A stretch of 64,000 bases of DNA from Pristiophorus japonicus (Eukaryota), in the NCBI RefSeq assembly GCF_044704955.1, contig NC_091995.1, positions 17,794,001 through 17,858,000 of the forward strand, written 5' to 3'. Position 1 is the first letter of the stretch. Each line of letters opens with the position of its first letter. The notes below the pieces were generated by a model that was not told the origin of the DNA, did not search any database, and saw only the letters and a list, made by a program, of their open reading frames with translations. Below are positions 52,283 through 64,000 of this stretch, piece by piece. The position numbers and the translations under genes are program-made.

Positions 52283-52649
52283 CTGGAAAAGTAAACAAGA
52301 GGTCAGTAGTTTTAAAAATGACATAAGTAGCCCACGTCATTGTTGTACATACCAGATTTGGTCTTCTGCACTCAGAGCTGTCATTATTCCTCTCTATAAA
52401 GCATAGAATAGAAACATATTTATTTATATGAATTTATATAGCGCCTTTAATGATTACCGGGCGTCACAAAGCGCGATACAGCGAATAAATATTCATTTTT
52501 GAAGTTTAGTTACTCTTGAATGTAGGAAAAGCGATTTTGCACACAGTAAGCTGCCACAAACAACATCGCAATAATGACCAAATAATTTGTTTTTGTTATG
52601 TTAACTGGGGGATCAATATTGGCGAGTAGGGAATAACTCCACTGCACTT

Positions 52650-54530
52650 CGAAACATAGAAACATAGACACTTACAGCGCAGAAGGAAGCCATTCTGGAC
52701 CATCGTGTCCACGCCGGCCGACAAAGAGCCACATGGCCCTTGGTCAGCAGTCCTAACGGTTACATATAAACCTATGAACAATGAAGGAAAGACAAAGAGC
52801 ACCCAGCACAACCAATTCGCCTCACCACAATGTAACACCCCTTACACTAAAACATTCTACACTCTACCCCAACCGGAGCCATGTGATATCCTGGGAGCCG
52901 AAAAAAAGCGAGGTCAATTTAGGGAGAAAAAATCTGGGAAAATTCCTCTCCAACCGATCCAGGTGATCGAAACTAGTCCAGGAGATCACCCTGGCCGTAT
53001 TCTATTCCCTGCAGTACTTACTATTATATCTGCTTCGTCCAACAAAATGTCATCCCGTCTAATCCCAATTACCTGCAGGTTACTGCACTTTAGAGTGCCC
53101 ATCCAACCATCTCTTAAAAGTGGTGAGGGTTTCTCCATCCACCACTCTCCAAGCAGCGAGTAACAGATCCCCACAACGCTCTGCGTAAAGAACCCCCCCC
53201 CCCCTCAAATCCCCTCTAGACCTTCTATCAACCACCTTAAAACTATGCCCTCCTCTCAATAGACCCCTGCACCAATGGGAATAGACCCTTACTATCCACT
53301 ATAACCAGGCCCCTCAATGAGGTCTCCTGTCAACCTCCTCTGTTCCAATGAGAACAACCCCGGCCTCTCCAAGTTATCCTCATAACTAAGATTCTCCATT
53401 CCAAGCAGCATCCGAGTAAATCTCCTCTGCACCCTATCTAGTGCAATCACATCCTTCCTATAATAAGGCGATCAGAACTGCATGCAATACTCCAGCTGTG
53501 GCCTAACCAAAGTATTATACAATTTAAGCACAACGTCCCTGCTCTTATATTCTATGCCAATAAAGGCAAGCATTCCATATGCCTTCTTCACCAACTTATT
53601 CACCTGGCCGGCTAATTTCAGGGATTTATGGAAAAGTACTCCAAGGTACCTTTGTTCATCTACACTATTAAGTGGCCTACCGCTTAATGAGTATTGCCTT
53701 TCCTTATGAGCCCTCCCAACGTGCATCACCTCACACTTCTCTCAATTAAATTCCATTTGCCACTGCTCTGTCCACCTGACCAGCAGATCGATATCCTCCT
53801 GCAGCCAATAACTTCCGTCTTCATTATCAACCACACAACAAATGTTAGTGTTGTCTGCAAACTTCTTAATTATACTCCCTCGATTCAAATATAAATCGTT
53901 GATATATACCACAAAAAACAATGGTCCCGGTACTGAGCGCAGCGGAATCCCACTGGAAACATCCTTCCAGTCACAAAACATCCATCAATCATTACACTTT
54001 GCTTCCTACCTCCAAGCCAATTTTGGATCAAATTTGACACTTTGCCCAGTATTCCATGGCTTTAACCATCATGACCAGTCTACCATGTTTGACCTTATCA
54101 AAAGCTTTGCTAAAGTCCATATATACTACATCGTATGCGCTATCCTCAGCGACCCTCTTGGTTGCCTCCTCAAAAAATTCAATCAGGTTAGTCAGACAAG
54201 ATCTTCCCTTAACAACTCTGTGCTGACTGTCCCTAATTAATCGTTGCCTTTCCAAATGCAGATTTATCCTGCCTTTCAGAATTTTTTCCAATAATTTTCC
54301 CAACACTGAGGTTAGGCTGATAAGCCTGTAATTACTAGGTCTATGTCTTTCTCCCTTCTTAAACAAGGGCATTAGTAGTCCTCCAATCTTCCAGCACCAT
54401 GTCCAGATCCAAATAGGACTGGAAAATGAGAGTTATGGCCCCTGCTATTTCTTCTTTTATTTCGCTCAACTGCCTGGGATACATTTCATCCGGGCCTGAG
54501 GACTTAGCTGTTTGCAAATCTTCTAAATAA
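52650..54530 (-). mobile_element. CR1 (long-3'UTR subfamily, as at 14358) in gene A intron
   Basis: Tail at 52650; RPQLEYCMQF, FADN, DFSKAFDKV. Confidence 0.85.
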
Positions 54531-54569
54531 TGCGGCAGTATCTTTTACGTCCACATGAGATCGCAGACT

Positions 54570-55060
54570 AGGATTGATTGCACTGGAAAGGGTGCAGAAG
54601 TGATTTACAAGCATGTTGCCTGAACTGGCGAATTTGGGCTATAAGGACAATTTGGAAATACTGGGTCTGTTTTCTTTGGAACAGAGGAGGCTAAAGGGAG
54701 ACCTGATCGAGGCGTATAAAATTATGAGCGGCCTGGAGAAAGTGGATAGAAAGGATATGTTTCCCTTGGCAGAAGGGTCAATAACCAGGAGGCATAGATT
54801 TAACGTTATTGCGGGGGATTTTAGAGGAGAGATGAGGGGAACTTTCTTCACCCAGAGGGTGGTGGTGATCTGGAACTCATTGCAAGAAAAGGGTGGTCGA
54901 GGCAGGAACTTCGCCACATTTAAAACCTGCTTGCATGTGCAATTAAAGTGTTATGGAACAAGAGTTCGAAAGTGCGATTAGGTTGGATAGCTCTTTGTCG
55001 GCCTGCGTGGAAAAGATGGGCCGACATGGCCTCTTTCCATGCTGTGAATTTCTATGATTC
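54570..55060 (+). mobile_element. CR1 3' fragment
   Basis: LFSLEQRRLKGDLIE, FFTQRVV. Confidence 0.8.
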
Positions 55061-56267
55061 AGACATCTGAAAGACGGCACCGCCCACAATGCAGTGCTCC
55101 GTCAGTGCTACACTGGAGTGTAAGCCGAGGTTTTTGTACTACAAGTCCCTGGAGTGGGACACAAACCTACGACCTTCCGATTCAGGGCGAGTGTGCTACC
55201 AAGTGAGCCGCGGGAAAGGACCCTGTATAATTTAATTTAATTGAACAATGTATAGAATACAATAGGACGTGCAATGCCATCAACATAGCGCTGTAATGCA
55301 CTGTGTTATAATGCAATCGGATACAACATAACATGGGAGAAAACAGTAGAACGCAATTAAATAAAATGCAGTAGGATGTACCACATTGCACAACAATAAA
55401 ATGATACAATTACTATGGTCCAATATATAATACTGTACCACACAATGTAAAACAGCATAAAGTTTTACTGTTTAACTGTTTACTTTAAACTGGTGAGCAA
55501 AGCAACTTGATCTGAGCGCACCGAGCATTCGTACGAGAATAGAGTGATGTCTAGTATAATATATTATAATATAATACTGAAACGTACATCACAATATCAT
55601 GTAATCATTTGTCACAAAAAAAATCAGCGTGCGAGAAGAAAATATTTTAAAATATTATGCTAACCATAAACTTAATCTCTCAAATTGACTTTGTGACCAA
55701 GACGTCTAATATGTGTCAATTAATAGCCGTTCTAGAAGCAAGAGTTATTGATTCATAAAATAATACAGTACAGAAGGATGCCATTAGGCCCAACCTGCCT
55801 GTGCTCGCACTCTGACAGAGCTACATATTAGTCCTGCTCTTCCCAATAGCCCTGAAAAATTACCCCTTTTTAAGTACTTATTCAATTCCCTTTTGAAAGT
55901 TACCGCTGGATCTGCTTCCACCAACGTTGGTGGCAGTGCATTCCAGCTCATGGCCACTCGCTGAGTAATAAAAAAATAATCATCTCCTCACCTGGCTCAT
56001 ATATGCCAGTTATCTCAACTCGGTGTCCTCTGGTTACAAGACAGTGTAATGACATAATAGATTGTTTTATTCGTTCACGGGATGTGGGCTTCGCTAGCAA
56101 GGCGGGAATTTATTACCCATCCCTATTTGCCCTTGAGAAGGTGGCGAGCAATATTGGGCGCATGTAAACGCAATGTTCCACCCGATCTCGTTCGTTTGCC
56201 ATCCGGTGAGTTAGGATGAATTTGACAATCATATGGAGATCAGTAGAGTTACAATTCGTGCTTTTAC

Positions 56268-56369
56268 CTCTCTTACAACGCCGGCTGATAACAACGACAA
56301 TGACTATAACGATGATCAGGAGAGGCGAGGCTCCCGCTGCAAAGACGCCGTTGCTGCTCTCTCCACAAT
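56268..56369 (-). CDS. Gene A exon 3: stalk and uncharged transmembrane segment
   Basis: Acceptor tttacatttacacacag|, donor ag|gtaaaa, 102 nt, phase 1-1. Reads (Y)CGESSNGVFAAGASPLLIIVIVIVVVISRRCKR: hydrophobic run, basic stop-transfer, stalk Cys. Confidence 0.82.
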
Positions 56370-57893
56370 CTGTGTGTAAATGTAAAGGTTCCTTGTGAGA
56401 CAAAGGAGCCATGGCAGGGTAACGTTCACATTGAGATTGAGGATCAGTAAATGTGACAGAGATTCCAATCCCCTTTGACATGCTGGTCTAAATTCATATT
56501 TAACACTTGCATACATCAACAAGACAACTGATGAAAATGCATAATATCATCGATGGTCAACACCTTTGAAGTAACACTGAGAGAATTTTAATGAAGGGAC
56601 GCTTAATAGGTGGGTGCCAATTTCCATTCTTTTAAATGGAATGTGTGTATTGGTGGGGGGGGGGGGGGGAGGGGCGCCCGTGTGAGTTCCCTTATCATAG
56701 GAACTGGAAGAGGCCATTTTTCCCCTCAAGCCTGCTTCGCCATTCAATGAGGTCATGACCGACTTGCAACCTAACTACATATCCCTTAATAACTTTGTTT
56801 TAAAAAATGCTATCAATCACAGATTTCAAATGTACAATTGACTCAGCAACGATTGCCATTTGCGGAAGAGAGTGCCAAACTTCTACCACCCTTTGTTTGC
56901 AGAAATGTTTCCTAATTTCACTCCTGAAATGTCTGGCTCTAATTTTTAAATTATGCCGCCGGGTCCTATAATCCCCAAACTGTTGAAATAGTTTCTCTCT
57001 ATCTACCTCTCTGTTCCCCATAATATCGTGAGAGTGTCGCTCCTCCCGGCGAGCTTTCCTGAATTCTCTAGACCCAGGAGATCCATTCGGCCCCAGTACT
57101 AACGAGAAAATTGTCCGTTCGTATTTACGGGATGCTGCAGACAAAACAATGAGTTGGATATTAGATTGCCGTAAATGGATGGGCAACGAGGTCCTATCGT
57201 GGACCCATCTTTGCATTTAGATGGAGCGCAATGTGTTAATTTCTATTTACACGCACAACTATATCTGCCTCGATCTCCATTTATAAGATGGCAGTGAAAT
57301 CGAACTTATCATAGACTTGTTAATCTGTTTATTCCTAATATTGGCACGCTGCAATTTAAAGGCTCACGTGTTGCTCTCCTTAATGGGCTGCAGTTGTCGC
57401 CTTACATACTGTAACTAGGTTGACTACTTGTGCATAGTTCTACCTAAATGATACATAATTGAACGTAATTAGTATCCTCCATCGATTTATTCTAAAAAAA
57501 TAATTCTCAGGATATGGGTGTCGCTGGGGAAACCTGCATTGATTGCCCATCCTAAATTGCCATTGCGAAGGTGGGCCTTCTTCTTGAACCGCTGCAGTCG
57601 TGAAGTGAAGGTACTCCCACAGCGCTGTTAGGAAGGGATTGCCAGGGATTTGAAAGGAACGTCGATATAAGTCCAAGTCAGGCTGCTGTGTGACTTGGAG
57701 AGGAACTTGGAACTTGGGCTGCTCCCATGCACCTGCTGCTCTTTTCCTTCTAGGTGGTGGAGGACACGGGTTTGGGAGTACCAATTGATCTAGTGGATAC
57801 TGTGTCTATACTGCCAATATTACTCCCTAGAAAAATCCCACATGATTGCGTGCAATTTCATTGGTAAGAATATCTCGACCAATCCAAACTTAC

Positions 57894-58241
57894 ATTCTTC
57901 ACCACGTTTCACGACCAGTATTGTGCCGCTTCCGTAAGCAACACCGATTCTCACGAACTCCACTTTGCAAATATAGAAACCTGTATCTCGCGGGCCCAGT
58001 TGGATTATTCTAATGGATGCTGTTTTCCTCTGACGGAAATCCTCTTCGTCTGTCCGGAACACCCTTCCTCTGTATTCGTCTGTACTGTTGGAAACTTCAA
58101 TTCCATGTTTGGAGCCTCGGTGCCACTTGTAGCTGCCGATTCCTGCTGGACCTTCATATGTGCAGACCAGGTCCACTGTCTGTCCCACGGTTTTGGTGAG
58201 AGATTGCGGGCTCTGAAATACGGTGATATTTCCACCAGTAA
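57894..58241 (-). CDS. Gene A exon 2: VJ-type Ig V domain (NCR3/NKp30-like)
   Basis: Acceptor ttttgcccacttatcacag|, donor |gtaagt, 348 nt, phase 1-1. Encodes ITVFQSP..LVC..YKW..GRV..ASIRIIQL..DTGFYIC..YGSGTILVV (both Cys, core Trp, D-x-G-x-Y-x-C, J-like GxGT). Confidence 0.92.
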
Positions 58242-59843
58242 CTGTGATAAGTGGGCAAAAGAGACCATTTATAAATAGGCAGTGCACGTCTTTGCTTTAC
58301 AATACTACGTGAAGAAGCTGGTTTTAAACAAATATTGTTCTGAGGAATTTTGACCAGGTATTAATGATCTTTAATTGGGGGTATAATAAACAGAAAATGC
58401 CGGAAATACTCAGCAGCTCGGGTAGCATGTGTGGAGAGAGAGCAACAGAGTTAACGTTCCAGGTCGATAGCATTTTGCCAGACCAATGTCTGTGATAGTT
58501 GGAAGGCAGGAGAGTATAATTCACAAAAGGAATGTTGATGCAAGGCATAAGGAGATGGTAAAGGGACAAGTAAGGCACAAAAGGAGTGTCTAGAAGTGGT
58601 GTAAATGGTTAACTTGAGGTTTATTGGAACTCGAAATGGAACGGCTTTTGATGATGGGTACATTCCCAGGGCAAATATAGCATGGATCCGGTAAAAAAAA
58701 AGTACCTCAACCCTTTCCAAATAAAAAGCATTAACTTTAATCTATGCACTCCTGATTATGCCGCCGTGATATATACATAAGAAAATATGAATATAAGGAT
58801 TAGGAGCAGGAGTAGGCCAGTCGGCCCATCGAGCCTGCTCCACTATTCAATAAGATCAAGGCTGATCATCGACCTCAATTCCACTTTTCCGCCCTATCCA
58901 CATATCCCTTGATTCCCTATGACTCCAAAACTCTACCTATCTCATTCTTGAATATATTCAGAAACTGAGCATCCACAGCTCTCTGGGGTAGAGAATCCCA
59001 AAGATTCATGACCCTCTGAGAGAAGAAATTCCTTCTTATTTCCGTCTTAAATGGGCGACCCCTTTTTCTGAAACTATGCCCCTAGTTCAAAATTATCCCC
59101 GAGTGAGTTAGCCCCACGCCTTTCTCCCATATCTCTGCAATATTTTCTTTCAAGTATTTGCCCATATTCCCTTTTGATGGTTGCTATTGAATTTTTATCC
59201 ACTACCTTATCAGGCAGAGTACTGCGGCAGTATGTACTTCAGGGAGCAAAACACATCGTGCTCTCCTGGACCAAACACAATAAATCTAGTTACCCGAGAG
59301 CCGATCAGTCTCTCATCTTTTAGCTGTAATCTCTCGCGATCTATTTCAGTCTCACTTCCTCTCACACATGCGTACGTACAAGTATGAATGGAACCCATTT
59401 CTCTTTGTGTGTTTTATGCATAACGTTCTCCTCAACTCTCTTTTCCCATTCCTAACCATCAATTCTTGATTTACTTTGTCTTCTCTTGCCTTGGTGTTGT
59501 CCTGCGCCATGGGCCATTGGCCTTTCAGCGAAATGCCCCAGTCCAAAAAAAGCAACATCGAAAGATAACAGATAGCAGAATAAGATTGAACCAGGTTCAC
59601 AGATGATCTAGTAAACATCAGAAAAAAAGTGAGGACATTGCTATCGGTAATTAATAACGAATTAAGTAATGCAATATTTCATTAAAGTCATTGTGAAATC
59701 AATAGAAATGATAATCAGTCCCTCTCAATAACAGCCGGCCACACCGCAGCGCCCGTTTCACTGCTAGGCGGCAAGTTGACAATCTCCCTTATATATTTAT
59801 ATAGACCTGATGTGTCAGAAATTGATATTAAAACGCTGCTTAC

Positions 59844-59886
59844 CGGAGATCATCGTGATTGCCCAGGTAACTGCAGCCCAATTCAT
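59844..59886 (-). CDS. Gene A exon 1: signal peptide of an NCR3/NKp30-like inhibitory receptor
   Basis: ATG AAT TGG...TCC G|GTAAGC = MNWAAVTWAITMIS + phase-1 G; 43 nt; strong donor; phase matches the V exon; paralogous copy at 1750-1792. Confidence 0.8.
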
Positions 59887-60209
59887 TCTCCCTGTGGGCG
59901 GTAGAATAATGTCAGAAAAGAAATTCAGGTATGGCACAGAGAGGAATATTTGAGTAATGCGCAGTGGGAGAGTGAAGCCGGGTTTGTATCCGGATGTGAG
60001 GTAATGGAAATAAAAATGAACTGCATGCTGTATGTACAACTGCAGTTATCTCTTGCACATTGTTCTCAATGTCTCGCACACGCACACTCATATTTTCTGT
60101 CAAGGACAATTTGCAGCAGGCACACACAGGTGGGGTAGAGTTTTGGCTTCACCGATTCCTTGGGTATGTAATTGGTTATGGTATAGGAGGCAGAGAGATG
60201 TTTTGTCAC

Positions 60210-60670
60210 TGGAAGAAAGAAAGATTTGCATTTATAAAACGCATTTCACGACCACTGGACGTCTCAACGTGCTTTGCAGCCAATTTATTACTTTTGAAGA
60301 GTAGTCACTGTTGTAATATGGGAAACTCGGCAATCAATTTGTGCACAACAAACTCCCACAAACAGCAATGAGATAACCACCAGATAATCTATTTTGTTCT
60401 GTTAATTGAGAGATAAAACTTATCCAGGACACTGGGGATAACTCCCCTGCTCTTCGATATAGTGCCATGGGACCTTTTACGTGCACCTGAGAGAGCAGAC
60501 GGGGCCTTAGTTCAACGTATCATCCGAAAGCCTACACCTCAGATAATACAACACTCTACTCAGCACTGCTTTGGAATGTCTGCAGAGATTAATGTGCTCA
60601 AGTTCACGACTTGAATGCACAATCTTCTTTCTCGGAGACAAGCGTGCTATCTACTGAGCCACGGCTGAAT
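60210..60670 (-). mobile_element. Deu-domain SINE
   Basis: Tail ttgcatttata at ~60226; head ctactgagccacggctg at ~60651. Confidence 0.75.
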
Positions 60671-60679
60671 TCAGGGGCA

Positions 60680-61980
60680 CATACAGAGACTGATGAAATG
60701 GGCAGACACAAGGCAGATGCAAATTAATGCTGAGAAATGTGAAGTGATGCACTTTGGGAGGAGCAACATGGAGAGACAGTATAACCTAAATGGTACTATT
60801 TTGAGGAAGTGCAGATCAGAGGAACCTGAGTGTGCATATTCTCAAGTAATTGAACGTACAATGTACAAGCCATCCTGACTTGGAAACATTTCGCTGGTTT
60901 GTCATCGTCGCTGGGTCAAGACCCTGGAATTCCCTCCCGAATAGCACTGTGGGAGTACCTACACCACACGGACTGCAGCAGTTCAAGAACGTGGATGACC
61001 AGCAGCTTCTCAAGGTCAAGTAGGGATCGGCAATAATGTTTGGCCTTTCCAGCAATGCCTACACCCCGGAACGAATGAAAATAACTTTGAAAGTGGCAGG
61101 GCAAGTTGAAAAGGCAGTTGAGAAAACATATAGGATACTTGGCTTTCTTAATAGGGGCATTGAATACGAAAACATGGAAGTCATGCTAAGCCTTTACTAA
61201 TCACTGGTTTGGTCTCAGCTGGGGTATTGTGTACAATTCTGGCCAACATGCTTTAAGAAGCATGGCAAGGCCTTGATGAGTGTACAGAGGAGGTTTAGCA
61301 GGATGACAGAGTGTACAGAGGGTTGTGAATCTGTGGAATTCTCTGCCCAAGGAAGCAGTTGAGGCTAGCTCATTGATTGTATTCAAGTCACAGATAGATA
61401 GATTTTTAACCAATAAGGGAATTAAGGGTTACGGGGAGAGGGCGGGTAAGTGGAGCTGAGTCCACGGCCAGATCAGCCATCATCTTATTGAATGGCGGAG
61501 CAGGCTCGAGGGGCTATATGGCCTACTCCTGTTCCTAATTCTTATGTTCTTATGTACTTATGATACCAGGAAGGAGGGAGTTCAGTTATGTAGAGATATT
61601 GGAGATGCTGTGACTGTTCTTCTTCGAGCAGAGGAGGTTAAAATAAGAAGTAATTTAGATAGAGCAGATAGGGAGAAACTATATCCTCTGGCAAGTGTGT
61701 CGTTAAACAGACGTCATAGATTTAAAATAAGTGGCCAAACCCTAGAGGGGAAATTTGGAGAACTTTCTTCACACAGGGTGTTACTAAGATCTTAAACGCA
61801 CTACCAGAAAGGGCTGAGGCATTAACTTTCAAAAGGCAATTGGACGTGTACTTGGTTATTTGTAGGGTTAAGGGAAAAAATTAGGGAATGCGACTAATTA
61901 AACCCTCACCACACTTTTTTGGCCGGCACAGACAAGATGTTCCATTGGTCTCTTTCAGTGCTGTAAATTTCTATGATTCG
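60680..61980 (+). mobile_element. Nested CR1/LINE fragments
   Basis: KCEVMHFG peptide; inserted 3' ends at 60880-61080 and 61315-61560. Confidence 0.65.
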
Positions 61981-64000
61981 AAAAGAATGAAATACCCTCT
62001 CTATGGGATCAAAACCCCTTGCATTTTATTTTATTAGAGTCTTCCTGAAGTGTTTATCAGTGAATCATTTAACATCTTCCTTAAAATAACCTATAAAATC
62101 ATTGCACGTAAAGTCGGTAATTTCCCTTTGTTTTATTGTTTATTCGCAAAATGTAAATTTAAGGCCCAGGTGTAACGTCCGAATTTTAATCAGTTGCTAT
62201 GGATTTTGGACTCTTGCTGTAGTTCGTCCATGGCATGACACTAACTTGAAAGGAGGAGGAAGCTGACCACAGACTGTTATGGAGTTCATTCTCGCTTTCC
62301 TCAGCAACGTGCAGTGTCGATTCAAGTTGATGAACGGTTCTCGTAGCTTAAATTAAGTGACTGCAAGTAAGAAATAACACCATACGACTTTGTGACCGAG
62401 ACGCTTTCTGACCTCCAGCGCCTGGGACTCCAGTTATAGATGTTGAACGCTGCTCGTTGTCTGCAATAGACGCGGCATTTGCATTAAGTGCTTTTGCAGA
62501 ATCTCATTGCTAGTGCGCATCCGGCTGAAGTTAAGGAGCTTCGTGCAGATTAGTACAGCCGAAACGAACTTTAGTAACTTGCAGATAAACCACATTCTAC
62601 ACAGGAACCACGTCAATGATGAAATGCAAAACAAAACCGCGATAATTCCTTCTTTAACTATTAAACGTCTTGAAAAGCCAACATAAAAAAAAAAAACTTG
62701 ATTTTTGTCATTTTGATTAGATTGACGCAGGCAATTTAGGGGGAAATGAAAAATCTCAGGTCTCTATTTACATAATTGACCCTCGACCATCCTGCTGAGG
62801 TAGCTGATTCACGGTTTCTCTGTTTTCCACCGATGGCGGGCGTCAGCTGCTCCGCAAGTGACCATCTTCATCTCTGAGCCCGGACAAAGATTGTTGGTGT
62901 GCTATTCAACTAAGGACCCCGCCCCCCACACCTCGTCCCTGCTGAATATTTTGTACTTATCAATGTCAGCAGATGACAGGTTGGGCCCAGTGTTTAATTC
63001 TGGCTCAAGTTACATTCCTTCGGCTTTCCTTTGGTTCTGAACCTTTACTCCCGTCTGTCACCCTGGACACATTTTGACCTTGAAACCACCACGTTACTTC
63101 CTGCAAGATGGAGAATGCTTACTGTATAGTCAATGTCTAACTGGCAAGGGTGGGACCGGGCCCTCGCATCGAAGACAATGTAACCCAAAACAGCCCAACG
63201 CCGCCCACGTTAATATGTATTGGTATCTTTCCGTTTGGGTTGATAGTTCATATCATCAGACTGGAATTAACGCTGTTCATCACAAACAAACCTATTTATG
63301 CTGTTGTTCGTGTTAATGCAAAATGAAAATCAACGCATAAATGGCAATATAACTCTGAAGTTTCCCAGGGCACTAACATCCTGATGTGTGAGACTCCACG
63401 CAGACAGTCGTCCCTCACTGCTTGGAGTTCTCAAAACGTGCATTACAAATTCAACTTTAAGAAAGAAAGGTGGTGCATTTATTTAGCGATTTTGAGACTT
63501 CCTAAATGCCGTCATCCCCTGCTCTTGTCCGAATAGAGCCGTGACACATTTTACTTCCAGGTGAGAAGGTAGAAGTGGCTTTGTATAGCTACAGCAAAAT
63601 ATCCTTCCCTTCATATTCTAGCCCTCTAGATATAAAGGTTAACATTTCATTCGGCTTTTGGATTTTTTTAAAAAATGTCACCACATTTTAGCGACCTGTG
63701 TACATGGAGCCCTAACTCTTTTGGGGCCTCCACGGCTCGTATCTTTTCACCGTTTGAAAAAATATTTGTATCCATCCTGCATTAGTCCAAAATGGATGAC
63801 GTCACTTTGTGGCGTTGAAATCGAACTGCCACAGTTTTACCGACTCACTTAATCGATCAATTTATCTTTGCAATTTTATATTCCCTTCTATACTAGTTAA
63901 TACACCACCTGGAATTACATCTTCTAAATTTGGAAAAGTGTCTCTTTATTGTGCTATCGATGTCATTGATACATATAGTGCGTAGCAGAGGCTCCAGCAT

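Noticed and set aside
56113-56481. Whole 122-aa ORF as one exon
   Set aside because: Only 56268-56369 has phase-compatible splice sites; the AGs near 56473-56489 give phase 0 or 2.

Overview
Vertebrate genomic DNA, almost certainly an elasmobranch (shark). It is dense in CR1 LINEs with (ATAGAAAC)n tails, Deu-domain SINEs, L2 ends, Tx1-type non-LTR elements and Penelope-like palindromic fragments, and nearly all ORFs in the track are retroelement debris. Among the repeats is a spliced cluster of NCR3/NKp30-like receptors whose Ig V domains are germline-joined VJ type (one exon with Cys-Trp-YxC and a J-like GxGT strand; I saw no RSS). Gene A (minus, 59886->51161) is leader, V, uncharged TM with a stalk Cys, a cytoplasmic linker exon and a terminal exon with a canonical ITIM (LQYATL) plus an ITIM-like motif (VLYALA), so it looks inhibitory. 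Gene B (plus, from 24019) is leader, V1 and V2, followed by either a hydrophilic terminal exon (secreted form) or a tail-less Lys-bearing TM exon at 34061-34182 (activating type). V1 and its flanking introns are an inverted copy of gene A's V exon (about 72% aa identity by hand count), apparently inserted into a leader-V2 gene. A decayed leader-V3 paralogue lies between V2 and the Lys-TM exon. The window ends are direct paralogues (1-1.9 kb ~ 58.5-60 kb; 11.9-14.3 kb ~ 61.9-63.8 kb), so the A/B pair appears to be a ~50-58 kb tandemly repeated unit. All exon models are hand-derived from splice signals, phase and motifs, with no transcript or database evidence.
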